A stretch of 63,935 nt of DNA, filler included, from Octopus bimaculoides (Eukaryota): assembly GCF_001194135.2 (NCBI RefSeq). It is 3 parts of 3 records of this genome, joined end to end, with 100 filler letters (N's around TTAATTAATTAA, not from the genome) between each part and the next. Parts side by side here need not be neighbours in the genome. Positions count along the whole stretch, not along the records: positions 1 to 30,470 come from NC_068992.1; positions 30,571 to 46,662 come from NC_068983.1; 1 more part is not named here. The stretch is one strand, 5' to 3'. Below the pieces are notes generated by a model. That model did no database searches and was not told the DNA's origin. It worked only from the letters and a program-made list of their open reading frames with translations. The translations under genes and the position numbers were made by a program. Shown here piece after piece: positions 24,625 through 37,389 of this stretch; position 1 is the first letter of the stretch; every line of letters begins with the position of its first letter.

Positions 24625-25066
24625 TATCTCCCTCTATCCCTCCGTCGCTCTCTCTTCTCCCCCTCTCTCTCTCACAAACACAAAGTCACAAACTTAATTA
24701 TAAGCAACATAAGCATTCGCTATGAGTAAAGCAATCGCCAATNNNNNNNNNNNNNNNNNNNNNNNNNNNNNNNNNNNNNNNNNNNNNNNNNNNNNNNNNN
24801 NNNNNNNNNNNNNNNNNNNNNNNNNNNNNNNNNNNNNNNNNNNNNNNNNNNNNNNNNNNNNNNNNNNNNNNNNNNNNNNNNNNNNNNNNNNNNNNNNNNN
24901 NNNNNNNNNNNNNNNNNNNNNNNNNNNNNNNNNNNNNNNNNNNNNNNNNNNNNNNNNNNNNNNNNNNNNCCTACTACACACGTTTATTTATGCATAAATA
25001 TGTAAACACACATGTATATGTATGCATACATATATATACGCATAAACACGTGTATATATACATATT

Positions 25067-25110
<44 letters not shown>

Positions 25111-26164
25111 CACACACACATACACACACACACATACACACACACACATATATATATATATAGTGTAAGTACAATGAACAATAAAAAAAATAGACTGCAC
25201 AGGAGGGACAGTGTTTAACAAATACGGTGTTAACTTAACGTTTTAATGGAAATGGATTCGACCTCGGAACTTCAACTTTGAACTCTCCATTGGATTACCG
25301 CCCAGACTACTTTGGATATATATTTTTACTACACGCGCGCGCGCTCACACACACACACACATGCGCACATGCGCGCATACACGTATATATGCGATTATAA
25401 TTTTTGGTAAATAATCGTTAAAGATGAAAAACCTTTGAATAACATGTACATTACGTTTCGATCGATTTCTCATCTGCAAATTTCCTGCAAAGATCTTATT
25501 CCAATGCATTCTATGTGGGTGGGTTGATTTAAACTACTCCACTCCGATAAAATAAACAAAACAAAACAAAACAAAACAAAAAAAAAACAAATCCAAAACT
25601 AAGATCGACTCACAAACACAGTTTGAAGTGCTCGATATCTATCTCCTTTCATGGCAACTGACAAAACACTGGCGACATATTGAATCACGTGTTATGTCTT
25701 CTTCATTCTCGAATTGCCACGAATGTCCACTGAAAATCACTGTGTCCAAATTCCTATATGCAAACAAAATAACGTTGTACAGAAGTAACCCCAAGCAAGA
25801 TATACATACATACATACATACATACATACATACATAAAAATTATTTTTTTCTGCTGCAGAAATCAGCCGCCCTCTGTACACCAATGTGGTTAAAAAAAGA
25901 TACAGGAGAAAGAGGACATCTTTAGGCCATTGATAAGGAGTTAGTAAATCCGGTACTCAAAAATGCACTTTCGACCTCATACCTATTATTATTGGAGCAA
26001 CGGGATACATACGAACCCGTCCGGAGCAAAGTATGCCTGAAATTGGGTTCCTGAGGGTGAAAACGCAACTCCTTAATTCATACACTTCATATGCTCACGC
26101 TATCTGGGGCTATAAAAATCTCCAAGACTTTAAGATTTAAAGGATGATATAGAATGCATCACTC

Positions 26165-27148
26165 TAAGGCAGATGCAGAACGACTTTACTTGCCAAGAAA
26201 AGAGGGTGGCTGTGAACTTTTACAACTGGAATTAACAATGAAGATTGCCACAATTGGCCTAAACACCTACCTGAAAAACTCTGAAAAAATAACTGGATGT
26301 TAAAACTTGTCTTAAAGCATGAAAACAAGAAAGCATCATACTCAGCAACAAAACAGGCAAAGGAGTATCTAAGTGAATTCCAAATACAACAAATCTCAGA
26401 ATTAGACGTACTGGAAACAAGCACAGAAAAAGCTAAGCGTATAAAAACCAGGGTTAAAGCTTCTGTTGACAAAGCCTTTACCCATCAATGGCTAGTGTCT
26501 TCTGGCTTAAAATCAAGAACAGAGGGGTTTATCATAGCAACCAAAGATCAATGCCTACTGTGTGAAAAATATGGTCTGGGAAAATCACGGAAATGGTACA
26601 AGCATGAACCAGAGGCCGTCACTGAGAACAATGAATATAAGATCCTGTGGGATTTTACAGTCCAATGTGACTCCATAATTGATGATCAGGCACCAGACAT
26701 TGTTGTGGTAAATAAAAGAAAAAAAGAAACCAAGATCATACATATTGCCATACCTGGAGATGCACATGTGATGGCAAAAAGCTGGAAAAGATGGAGAAAT
26801 ACAGACTACTAAAATACGAAACTGCAAGAATGTAGGCTATGGGGAGAATAACTTATGCCAATAGTTCTAGAGGAACTCAGAGCATTAACAACCAAGTTTG
26901 AGAAATATGTCGGAGAAATTGGAATTGACATGAGGGTACAACAGGCCAAAGAAACTGCTCTATTGGGGAAAGCTAGGATTTTGAGAATGGTGTTTAGTCG
27001 TTGAGTATTTTCCACGATATTTAACATACAAGTACCAAGTCTTATAATTTGCAGAAAGAGATTCTGTGAGACCTTTGACAACAGTTTTCTGTCTGCTCTC
27101 ACAGAATCAATCAGAGCAAGTAAGACCGAGAGAATTGAGGAGTAAAAC
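26165..27148 (+). mobile_element. R4/Dong-clade LINE 3' portion with internal deletions
   Basis: RLYLPRKEGG, WLVSSGLKSRTEGFIIA, KILWDFTVQCD..APDIVVVNK..IAIPGD (restriction-like endonuclease); followed by (AAT)n/(GAT)n at 27149-27345. Confidence 0.88.
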
Positions 27149-27200
<52 letters not shown>

Positions 27201-27214
27201 TAATAATAATAATA

Positions 27215-27257
<43 letters not shown>

Positions 27258-27280
27258 CGATGATGATGATGATGATGATG

Positions 27281-27346
<66 letters not shown>

Positions 27347-27354
27347 TGATCTAA

Positions 27355-27740
27355 TGCTGTACCAGGCACTGGTTCTCATGACTTCTTATCTTAACTGATT
27401 GGAAGTGTTATCATGTACATTGTTTTGTTTTGGTATAAAAGAAGGGCTACGGAAAATATTCTGCTCAATACCACAGATTTGATTGTCAGTTGTTTGACCT
27501 TAACCAGTTGAGCATGTCCCTTGGTGGCTGACGATATGTGCATCTCTGATCACGAGCTGAAGTAGTGGGGGAGCATCATAGCCATGTGTTGAGAGGAATT
27601 CTTTGAGATTTGGATAATTCACCTTTGGAAACATAGGTGTTTCGTTCAACATCCCCAAACAAACCTTATTCAGGGACCTTTTGAGCAGGATGGACTACTC
27701 GACCTGAAGAAAATTCTAACTGGGCCCCACCCATCAAGTT
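27355..27740 (+). repeat. Unclassified interspersed repeat (inverted second copy at about 32050-32250)
   Basis: aaatattctgctcaataccacagattt..catctctgatcacgag..gagcatcatagc has a reverse-complement homologue near 32100-32250. Confidence 0.7.
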
Positions 27741-27908
27741 CATTCGCTGTTTATTTTGATATTATGATATTAGATCACTATGTCGCGCACATATGGTTGT
27801 ACCCTTATCAGACGAGGAGTCATGATGGGTATACTGGGCTTCGTATATTTTACCCCAATGTTACTTTTATGGCATGCACTGCTCTCTCATTCAATAACAA
27901 TAATAGTA

Positions 27909-27968
<60 letters not shown>

Positions 27969-27989
27969 TGAATAAGAATAAGAATAAAT

Positions 27990-28430
27990 ACGTTAAGTTT
28001 TTTCAATAAACATCTGATGAAGCCAATGATGAATTTTTGAGGTGGTTAAGATATGGATTTTTAAAGGAGACAGAAAGATTGATCCCTGCTGCTCAATAAT
28101 GAGCTTTAAGAACTCAATCAAGTACAGCATTGATAAGACAGCATTATCACCTTTGTGTAGATTATGTAAAAACATTTTCTGAGACAGTTAAACACAATTA
28201 GTGGATGCTCAAAATTGGCCCAAAGCCGTACAAAAAACACTATGACAAAGCGGCATTGCGATTACACTGAGCTCTAGAGAAAATATGGCTAGAAAATATG
28301 AGAAGAATTACAAATAGCACCAGTAGTAGAGAATTAACAAATGAAACTCACGTGGGATATGCCAATCTATACAGATAAGAAGATGCAACATGACTGACCA
28401 GATATCACTCTCTTACGGATCTTCATCGAC
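27990..28430 (+). mobile_element. Dong-like LINE CCHC zinc-knuckle region after (AAT)n
   Basis: WLRYG..ETERLIPAAQ, SPLCRLCK, SGCSKLAQ motifs in broken frames. Confidence 0.75.
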
Positions 28431-28589
28431 TTAGTTATACTCACAAGCCAAAGTACTGAGAAGACAGAGGACTAGAAAGTCAAAAAGTACCAAGACGGCA
28501 TTGTAAGTGAAACGAATTTATAGAGCCCCAAATGTAAGTGATACCTATCAGCCCAAAGTATGTGATACCGTAAAGCATTTTGCTCGGCA

Positions 28590-30248
28590 TTAGGGTGAAG
28601 CGAAAAATGTAACTTTCGAAATTGGTAACCAAGAATCGATATTTTGTTGCGAATTAGAGTTAAAAGAAAGGAATATAAAGAACTTTGCGGTTAAAATGTT
28701 TTTTTACGTCCCGCAACTGAAAATTTTTTAAATCGCTAATTTTTGTCGAATTTTGGATTTCATTGTTTATAAGCCGTAACAAATACATATTTCTGAGTTC
28801 AAATTCCGCCGAGGTCGACTTTGCCTTTCATCCTTTTGGGGTCGATTAAACAAGTACCAGTTAATCACTAGGGTCGATGAAATCGACTTGATCCCCTTGT
28901 CTGACCTTGTTTGTCCCCTCTATGTTTAGCCCCCTGAGAGCAATAAAGAAATAAATATATCCTTAAGAGGTTGCATCTCTAGTTTCAATACAATTGACTA
29001 ATATCTTGAGGTTCCGCATTGACTCTATAAAGTGAACGTTGCGTGTGGACGTACGTGATATCTGTGTGAAGCTTTCTGCTTTGTACCTTGACTTTAGGCC
29101 AGTGTATTAAAATTAATGACCGCGTTAAATTTAGTATTGTTTACATTTAATGATGACTCATATGCCAATAACACGTCATGATACTGAATACCCAATAGTT
29201 GGTACTCCATGTGATCTTAGCGAGCGAGTTTTGCCAACTTACAAGGACGTACAAAAATGTGTTTTATTTGAATGAAAAAAGAAAAGAATGTAGTTAAGAA
29301 AGACACTTCAATTAAACAAATTGTCAAAATTGTAGCAGAAAAGATAATTTTTCTTTGGCAAAAGGCACCTAGTTAAACCGAAAATCTTGAAATTTTATCT
29401 AAAGTACCAAGTATCTAAAGTACCAATCTGTGAAAAATAGAAAAAAATGTACCATTATTTCAAACAAAGTGTAATGTGTTTAAAAACAATGCAACAAATG
29501 ATTTGTTTAACATTTCCTGTTGCAAGTGCAACTCCCTTAGAATCTATATTTGTAGTAGAAGCAAAAAGTATCACAGGGAAAAGATCTTTTACTGGACATA
29601 CCGAAAAATGATCATTGGCGGAATACATCAAGCAGAACGTTCAGAAGTCGATTAGAAAGGATGGGCCAGATCACAGTCGCCCTTCTACGTCAGCAAAGGA
29701 AAGTTTAGGATTTTCGGTTTAACTGACTCAATCGCAAAACAAGGGATGGATATCTTTTGCTAAAGAAGAATTATCTTTTCTGCTACAATCTTGACAATTT
29801 GTTTAATTTATTTCAATGTGTGTGTAATCTAGACCTCATGTAACACATATATATTAGGTGACCTAGTATTAGAAATAATAAAGAAAACAAAGTCGAAAAG
29901 TCTATTTTTTTTCACATAATTTCGAAATTTCAAGTGCGTTGCTGAGCCTAAAGATATAAATTTTAGGGCTTGAGATTTTAACACTGTTGTTTTTAAACGA
30001 TTTAGCAAAAGAAAATCAATAAATATAACAATGTATGTAAAAAATAGAATGAGGAATGGCAAAGTGTTATAAATTGATTTTTCGCTCATTATTCAAAATG
30101 TCAAGTGGGCTGCGGAGCCTAAAGCTGTAAATTTAAGAACTTCAAATTTTAACACAGTTATTGCTAAAAGAATTTACAATAAACAATATATTCTTAAATA
30201 CATATTTTGAAAATTTGTGTAAAAAGTACCTTTTTCGCTCCACCCTAC
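28590..30248. mobile_element. Unclassified TIR DNA transposon with a transposase N-terminal remnant
   Basis: Termini TAGGGTGAAGCGAAAAA and TTTTTCGCTCCACCCTA; remnant MPITRHDTEYPIVGTPCDLSERVLPTYKDV ... LFNISCCKC ... KMIIGG; subterminal tandem ~80-bp repeats near 29905 and 30080. Confidence 0.65.
28790..28952 (+). mobile_element. Meta-like SINE with Tx1-type tail, nested in the TIR element
   Basis: Central domain plus tttgtcccctctatgtttagccccctgagagcaataaagaaa. Confidence 0.8.
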
Positions 30249-30284
30249 TTGGCATGCTAACGATTCTGTCAGCTCGCCTCCTTC

Positions 30285-30344
<60 letters not shown>

Positions 30345-30380
30345 TATAATAATAATAATAATAAATAATAATAATAATAA

Positions 30381-30470
30381 ATATGCTAAAAACGACAGAG
30401 AGCTAGAAACATTACTATATGCTAAAAACGACAGAGAGCTAGAAACATTACTACAGACAGTACACGGCTT
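30381..30470 (+). mobile_element. Dong-like RT fragment with a 36-nt tandem duplication at its 5' junction
   Basis: YAKNDRELETLL repeated twice then QTVHG; follows (AAT)n and is cut by a gap. Confidence 0.7.
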
Positions 30471-30570
30471 NNNNNNNNNNNNNNNNNNNNNNNNNNNNNN
30501 NNNNNNNNNNNNNNTTAATTAATTAANNNNNNNNNNNNNNNNNNNNNNNNNNNNNNNNNNNNNNNNNNNN
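30471..30570. other. Artificial scaffold join: 44 N + TTAATTAATTAA + 44 N
   Basis: Exactly 100 bp; identical construct at 46663-46762. Confidence 0.93.
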
Positions 30571-30885
30571 TTTCATAACCTGATCTAACAGCTTGATGCC
30601 TCTGTAATTATTAGTGTCTAAAGCGTCACCTTTACCTTTGTAGCAGTTTACTATGGTGCTACTACACCAGTCATTGGGTATGACTCCTTCGTGTATCACC
30701 TGGTTCGTAATACGGGTGACTAGGCTGTAGCCAACACTGCCAGATATTTTGAGCATCTCTGCAGTGATTCCTGATGGGCCGGGGGCTTTCCCTGTCTTCA
30801 TACTCTTAATTGCTTTATCTACCCTGGTACTGTCAACTCGGATAGCTGGTCCCTCTGTCAGGTCAACATACGGCAGGCTCTCTTT
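30571..30885 (-). mobile_element. RTE-clade LINE RT N-terminal fragment
   Basis: AIKSMKTGKAPGPSGITAEMLK ... IPNDW ... YKGKGDALDTNNYRGIKLLDQVMK. Confidence 0.9.
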
Positions 30886-30999
30886 CTCCCATATACACAT
30901 ACATACACACACACATACATACATATATATATATTTGCGTGTGTGTGTGTGTGTGTGCATATGTGTGTATGTATATATATGTGTGTGTGTATGTGTGTA

Positions 31000-31052
<53 letters not shown>

Positions 31053-31386
31053 NNNNNNNNNNATGTGTATACGTTTAATTTGCTTTGCAGGAAGGACTGT
31101 TCCAACGGAGTCGCATATTGTCCTAGCCTTCAAAACGCAGAGTAGATGGACAAGGACAACTGATGAAGGGAAATATTCTTTATGTTGCATGTTGCGTTTC
31201 TCTGTTTGTTTTTTTCGTTGTTCAAAAAAAGTTCGTTTTCTGTCTTCGTTTCTCATTGTGTTTAATGTTTTTTGTGATGTCCTGTACCCATATATGCATG
31301 TATGTATACATATAGATGTAGGTATGTACATATATGTATATATGTATGGATATATGCATATATTTATATATTATTTATATTATCAT

Positions 31387-31420
<34 letters not shown>

Positions 31421-33024
31421 GCTTGTATGTATGTGCATGTATATATCCTCCACAAAATTGTTTTAATGCCCACTTTTCCATGCTTGCATGGGTTGGACAC
31501 ACTTTGCTGAGGCAAATTTATGATAGCCAGTTGTCTTTCTTGTCACCAACCTCCACCTGTTTCAAAATAAAGTAATATTTCTCCATTATAAGACATATTT
31601 TCATGGAAGATTGTGAATATATATATTTATACGATGTACATCAGAAAAGCATTTATACATTCATACATGGCTCCTTTCAACTTTTAAAGTGATTTGAAGG
31701 AGATTTGGCTACTCTTTCTAGCAAGTCGAGTGAGCATGTGAAGACTCCCGCATTGGTTTATGTTATAAAAATATAGTTATTATCAAAGGACCATAGAAAT
31801 CTTAATGTCAAGTATGTGTAGAGAATGTGAAGGTTTTAGAAGTGCTTCTATTCATGAAACAAGTTGTAGTGCCTGGGTTTATTTTCTTCGTACTGCTATA
31901 TGAGACTTGCTTGCCATGAAATTATTACAGGATATTCTTAAAGACTCCATTTTATTAAAATAACACTGTTTTACACAATGTTTTTTGTCCTTGGATAGCA
32001 ACTGTTATTTCTTATTTGCTTACCTGTAGAAAGTATGAAAAATGGCTAATGTTTCCTTCAAACTTTGCTTTTGTTACATTTATTGAAGCTCCAAAGAATT
32101 CCTCTTAATACATAGCTATGATGCTCCTCCACTACTCCTTCTCATGATCAGAGATGCAAATGCTTTCTACCACTAAGGGACATGCTTAAATGGTTGAGGT
32201 CAAGCAACTGACAAGCAGGTCTGTGGTATTGAACAGAATATTTGCTATAATGATATTTCTGCTTCAGCAACTCAGTGCTGAATCTGTCTAAAATGTAATG
32301 GAAAATAGGTCAGTTTCGAAACATTGATGTCCAAGTCACAAAAGCAAAGTCTGAAGGGAATAGTAATCATTTCCTTTGATTTCTCGATAAAAGCAAATAG
32401 GAGATAACACTTAATGACCAAAGACAAAAAAAAAATAATAATAATTACACAGTGTAATGCATGCCTTATAAAAGGTATAAACTTTGTGCATATACAACAT
32501 TCCTACATGGAATATTAGAGTGAACTGTGGATTGTTATAATCTATATAGTAGTATATAGAGATGACAGCAAGGTATGGAGGATTGTTAGAGACACAACTC
32601 AACCTTGAAGTACAAATGCACTGACAAAATAAGATCAGAGAAGACTCCATAGACAAATATGGAAATGGAATAGTCAAACCAGAAACTTTTAATTCAAAAC
32701 ATAATGAACATGTTAGAAATTTTGAAACAAGATTCTCATGTCAGATGGAAATGAAAGCTTTTTTTGATGTCAAGAACAACAGATATATTTTTGTCAACAT
32801 TGGAAGTTAAGAGATGTGTGTTGTGTGATGGTGACGGTGATGCAGTCTATCTTCCAATTGAATAAAAAAACAACGTTTCCATTCATCTTTCAATGTCTTT
32901 TTTTCTTACTCAGAAATGTTACTGCTTTCAGTAATGGAGTGAGATTTGAACTTCAAAATACTGTGTTCGAGCAGGTATCACAAAGCATCCTATCCAATGC
33001 TCCAATAATTCTACCAATTCTAAT

Positions 33025-33437
33025 AGGTGCAGGAGTGGCTGTGTGGTAAGTGGCTTGCTTACCAACTACATGGTTCCAGGTTCAGTCCCACTGCGTGGCA
33101 CCTTGGGCAAGTGTCTTCTACTATAGCCTCAGGCCGACCAAAGCCTTGTGAGTGGATTTGGTAGATGGAAACTGAAAGAAGCCCATCGTATATATGTATA
33201 TATATATATGTATGTGTGTGTATATGTTGTGTATCTGTGTTTGTCCCGCCAACATCGCTTGACAACTGATGCTGGTGTGTTTAGGTCCCCGTAACTTAGT
33301 GGTTCGGCAAAAGAGACCGATAGAATAAGTACTAGGCTTACAAAGAATAAGTCCTAGGGTAGATTTGATTTGACTACAGGCGGTGCTCCAGCACGGCCGC
33401 AGTCAAATGACTGAAACAAGTAAAAGAATAAAAGAAT
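33025..33437 (+). mobile_element. CORE-type SINE, full length
   Basis: Collinear with 16161-16572, with several CpG-to-TpG/CpA changes. Confidence 0.9.
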
Positions 33438-34161
33438 AATCTGTCATTCTAGACTGGTACTTTTTATCAATCCTGAAAAAAAAAATGAAAGGCAAAGTTG
33501 ACTCATGGCAGGATTTGAACTCAACATGCAGAGAATCAGAACAAAATTTTCAAGGTGTTCTATCCAACATTCTAATGACTCTGCCAAGGTGTGATACATG
33601 TCGGTCTCCATTTGATACTAGTAGTCACTAAGCAGAGAAAAGGACTTGGACTATCAAAGAAGAGCTAGTTCATAATAATTTCCATTATCTCTGAGACATT
33701 GGAATTAAAGTTGACATCAATTCCCAATTCTGTTACCAAATATTTATGGTTGTTTCTATTACACATGATAATTACATCAAAGAGAACAAGGACATTCAAT
33801 ATTCCAGCAGATTAACAGCATATATTTGAGTTTCTGTTGTTGTTGATGTCATCATCATTTTAACACCTACATTTCCATACCTGCATGTGTCGGGCGGTTT
33901 TCTACAATTGGATGTCTTTCCAAGTGAGGTAATAATCTCCCTGTCTTTTCAACCAACAGTCTGGATGTGTTTTATGCTGAGAACAGGAAATAAATAACAC
34001 AATGCAAATAGACTTTTTGCCTGCAACAACTGATCACACAACATACCAAAACATGTTAAGGAGCCTGGAAATGCTTTCAAGGTGGGCTTCAAGTAGACGG
34101 ACACTATTATTTAAGTCAAGCAACAAGTGTATACACGCGCACACACACACACACACACACA

Positions 34162-35679
34162 CATTCTTATATTCTTTTATTCTTTTGCTTGTTTCAGTCA
34201 TTTGACTGTGGCCATGCTGGAGCACCGTCTTTAGTCGAGCAAATCAACCCCAGGACTTATTCTTTGTAAGCCTAGTACTTATCCTATTGGTCTCTTTTGC
34301 TAAGCCATTAAGTTACGAGGACGTAAATGCACCATCATCAGTTGTCAAGCAATGGTGGGGGNNNNNNNNNNNNNNNNNNNNNNNNNNNNNNNNNNNNNNN
34401 NNNNNNNNNNNNNNNNNNNNNNNNNNNNNNNNNNNNNNNNNNNNNNNNNNNNNNNNNNNNNNNNNNNNNNNNNNNNNNNNNNNNNNNNNNNNNNNNNNNN
34501 NNNNNNNNNNNNNNNNNNNNNNNNNNNNNNNNNNNNNNNNNNNNNNNNNNNNNNNNNNNNNNNNNNNNNNNNNNNNNNNNNNNNNNNNNNNNNNNNNNNN
34601 NNNNNNNNNNNNNNNNNNNNNNNNNNNNNNNNNNNNNNNNNNNNNNNNNNNNNNNNNNNNNNNNNNNNNNNNNNNNNNNNNNNNNNNNNNNNNNNNNNNN
34701 NNNNNNNNNNNNNNNNNNNNNNNNNNNNNNNNNNNNNNNNNNNNNNNNNNNNNNNNNNNNNNNNNNNNNNNNNNNNNNNNNNNNNNNNNNNNNNNNNNNN
34801 NNNNNNNNNNNNNNNNNNNNNNNNNNNNNNNNNNNNNNNNNNNNNNNNNNNNNNNNNNNNNNNNNNNNNNNNNNNNNNNNNNNNNNNNNNNNNNNNNNNN
34901 NNNNNNNNNNNNNNNNNNNNNNNNNNNNNNNNNNNNNNNNNNNNNNNNNNNNNNNNNNNNNNNNNNNNNNNNNNNNNNNNNNNNNNNNNNNNNNNNNNNN
35001 NNNNNNNNNNNNNNNNNNNNNNNNNNNNNNNNNNNNNNNNNNNNNNNNNNNNNNNNNNNNNNNNNNNNNNNNNNNNNNNNNNNNNNNNNNNNNNNNNNNN
35101 NNNNNNNNNNNNNNNNNNNNNNNNNNNNNNNNNNNNNNNNNNNNNNNNNNNNNNNNNNNNNNNNNNNNNNNNNNNNNNNNNNNNNNNNNNNNNNNNNNNN
35201 NNNNNNNNNNNNNNNNNNNNNNNNNNNNNNNNNNNNNNNNNNNNNNNNNNNNNNNNNNNNNNNNNNNNNNNTCTAATGTACAGCTTTTCTCTCAAGATAC
35301 TTACACTCTGAAGGGTATTCACATTGACATTACACATCCAACGGAGCATACTGGCTTCATTCCTTGCGAGCTTACGTATGTCCTCAGCAGTTACAGCCCA
35401 TGTTTCACTGCCATGTAGCATGGTTGTTCGTACGCATGCGTCATACAGTCTGCCTTTTACTCTGAGTGAGAGTCCCTTTGTCGCCAGCAGGGGTAAGAGC
35501 TCTCTAAACTTTGCGCAGGCTATTCTTATTCTAGCAGCTACACTTTCAGCGCACCCACCCCCACTACTAACTTGGTCGCCCAGATAGCGGAAGCTATCGA
35601 CTACCTCTAGTTTTTCACCCTGATTCATATACATGTATGTATACACATACATATATGTATACGCATACTCACATACACA

Positions 35680-35720
<41 letters not shown>

Positions 35721-35870
35721 ACGAAGGGCTTCTTTCAGTTTCTGTCTAATAAAAATCCACTTAAAGTCTATGATTGGCCCAGGGCTATAGTGGAAGACAC
35801 TCACCCAAGGTGCCATGCAATGGCACTGAATCCAAAACCATGTGATTGAGAAGTAAACTTCTTAAGCGCA
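34162..35870 (-). mobile_element. CORE-type SINE head (35715-35870) and tail (34162-34361) separated by an RTE fragment and a gap
   Basis: Both halves are on the same strand in the correct order. Confidence 0.65.
35272..35625 (-). mobile_element. RTE-clade LINE post-RT fragment
   Basis: LEVVDSFRYLGD ... KFRELLPLL ... KGRLYDACVRTTMLHGSETW ... MLRWMC. Confidence 0.92.
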
Positions 35871-36269
35871 AGTCATGATTGTGTATATTTGAATAATATG
35901 TATAAGAATTTATGAGAAGAGGTGTATTTGTATTAGGGAGAGAAAAAAAAATAACCCTTTGAGGGTCATTATTTTTCAAACTATTAACAGCATCTTTAGA
36001 GATGAAACATTAAAAAATATGCACATTTACAGTGATGCATGTACATACAACAGTTAAATTCTATATATTAACTGCATCTGAAATGATGATCTATGAGTAG
36101 GGTAGTTATATATGACAACCACTCTACCAGGTCTTTGAGATGGTTGTAGGGGAGTTCAGTTGGTACATCAATTTAGGACCTGGAGAGCCAAAGTGGAAGA
36201 GTGGGGGCCCATGAATAGCTGACAGGTCTCTACCTGAATTATGATAACAACAACAGCAGCAGCAGCAAT

Positions 36270-36743
36270 AATCTCTTTTACTATAGGCACAAGGCCTGAA
36301 ATTTGTGGGGAGTGGGTAAGTTGATTCTATCGACCCAGTACTTGACTAGTACTTAATTTATCAATCCTGAAAGGATGAAAGGCAATGTCGACTATGGCAG
36401 AATTTGAACTCAGGACATAAAGACGTGGGAAAACATTGTTAAGCATTTTACTTAAGGGAGCTAATAATAACAACAACAATAACAACAACAGCAACAACAA
36501 CAACAACAATGATAATAATGATCTCAAATGTTGGCACAAGGCCAGCAAGTTCAGGGGGAAGAGTTAAGTCAATTACGTTAATCACAAAGCTCAACTGGTA
36601 CATATTTTATTGACCCCCACTCCCTGCTGAAAGGACGAAGGGCAAAGTCGACTGCAACAGAATTTGAACTTGGAATGTAATGATAGATGAAAGGCCACTA
36701 AGCATTTTGCCTGGCATGCTAACGTTTCTGCCAGCTCAGTGCC

Positions 36744-36745
<2 letters not shown>
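36270..36745 (-). mobile_element. Two tandem Meta-like SINEs (36270-36480, 36520-36745)
   Basis: Central domain aaggatgaaaggcaa.gtcgac present in both. Confidence 0.8.
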
Positions 36746-36794
<49 letters not shown>

Positions 36795-36814
<20 letters not shown>

Positions 36815-37126
36815 TTTCAAAATACAAAGACCTGGAAATAGAGATAACTCGAATGTGGAATCTAAAAACAGAAACAATTCCTATCATAGTAGGTGCCTTA
36901 GGTATAATAAAAAAATATTCAGACAAATACATAACAAAAACACCAGGACTTACAAATATATATAACATACAGAAAATTGCACTACTGGGTACTGCACACA
37001 TTCTACGCAAAACACTTTCAATACAGTAAACATAAGAGCACCACAGCAAACCACAGCACATACCCAAGGCGCACAGAGTAGTGAAGCTTGGTAGTGAAGT
37101 GAAAGCACGTTATAAAAATAAAACTA

Positions 37127-37130
<4 letters not shown>
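36795..37130 (+). mobile_element. Dong-like LINE 3' end A in (AAT)n
   Basis: KYKDLEIEITRMWNLKTETIPIIVGALG ... LLGTAHILRKTLSIQ*. Confidence 0.9.
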
Positions 37131-37177
<47 letters not shown>

Positions 37178-37254
37178 ATCACAATAATAATAGCAATAAT
37201 AACAATAATAATAGCAATAATAACAATAATAATAATAACAACAACAGCAACAAT

Positions 37255-37296
<42 letters not shown>

Positions 37297-37389
37297 AATA
37301 AAAATAACAACAACAACAATAATAATAACGATAATAATAATAATGATAATAATAAAAATAATAAAAATGATGATGATGATAATAATAAT

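Noticed and set aside
30515-30526. TTAATTAATTAA palindrome as a biological site (also 46707-46718)
   Set aside because: Centred in fixed 100-bp N gaps and encodes stops in all six frames, so it is an assembly linker.
34287-35712. 320-455 aa ORFs, and similar X-filled ORFs at 14090-14888, 21981-22773 and 49781-50769
   Set aside because: Length comes from N runs; the only real coding signal is TE-derived.
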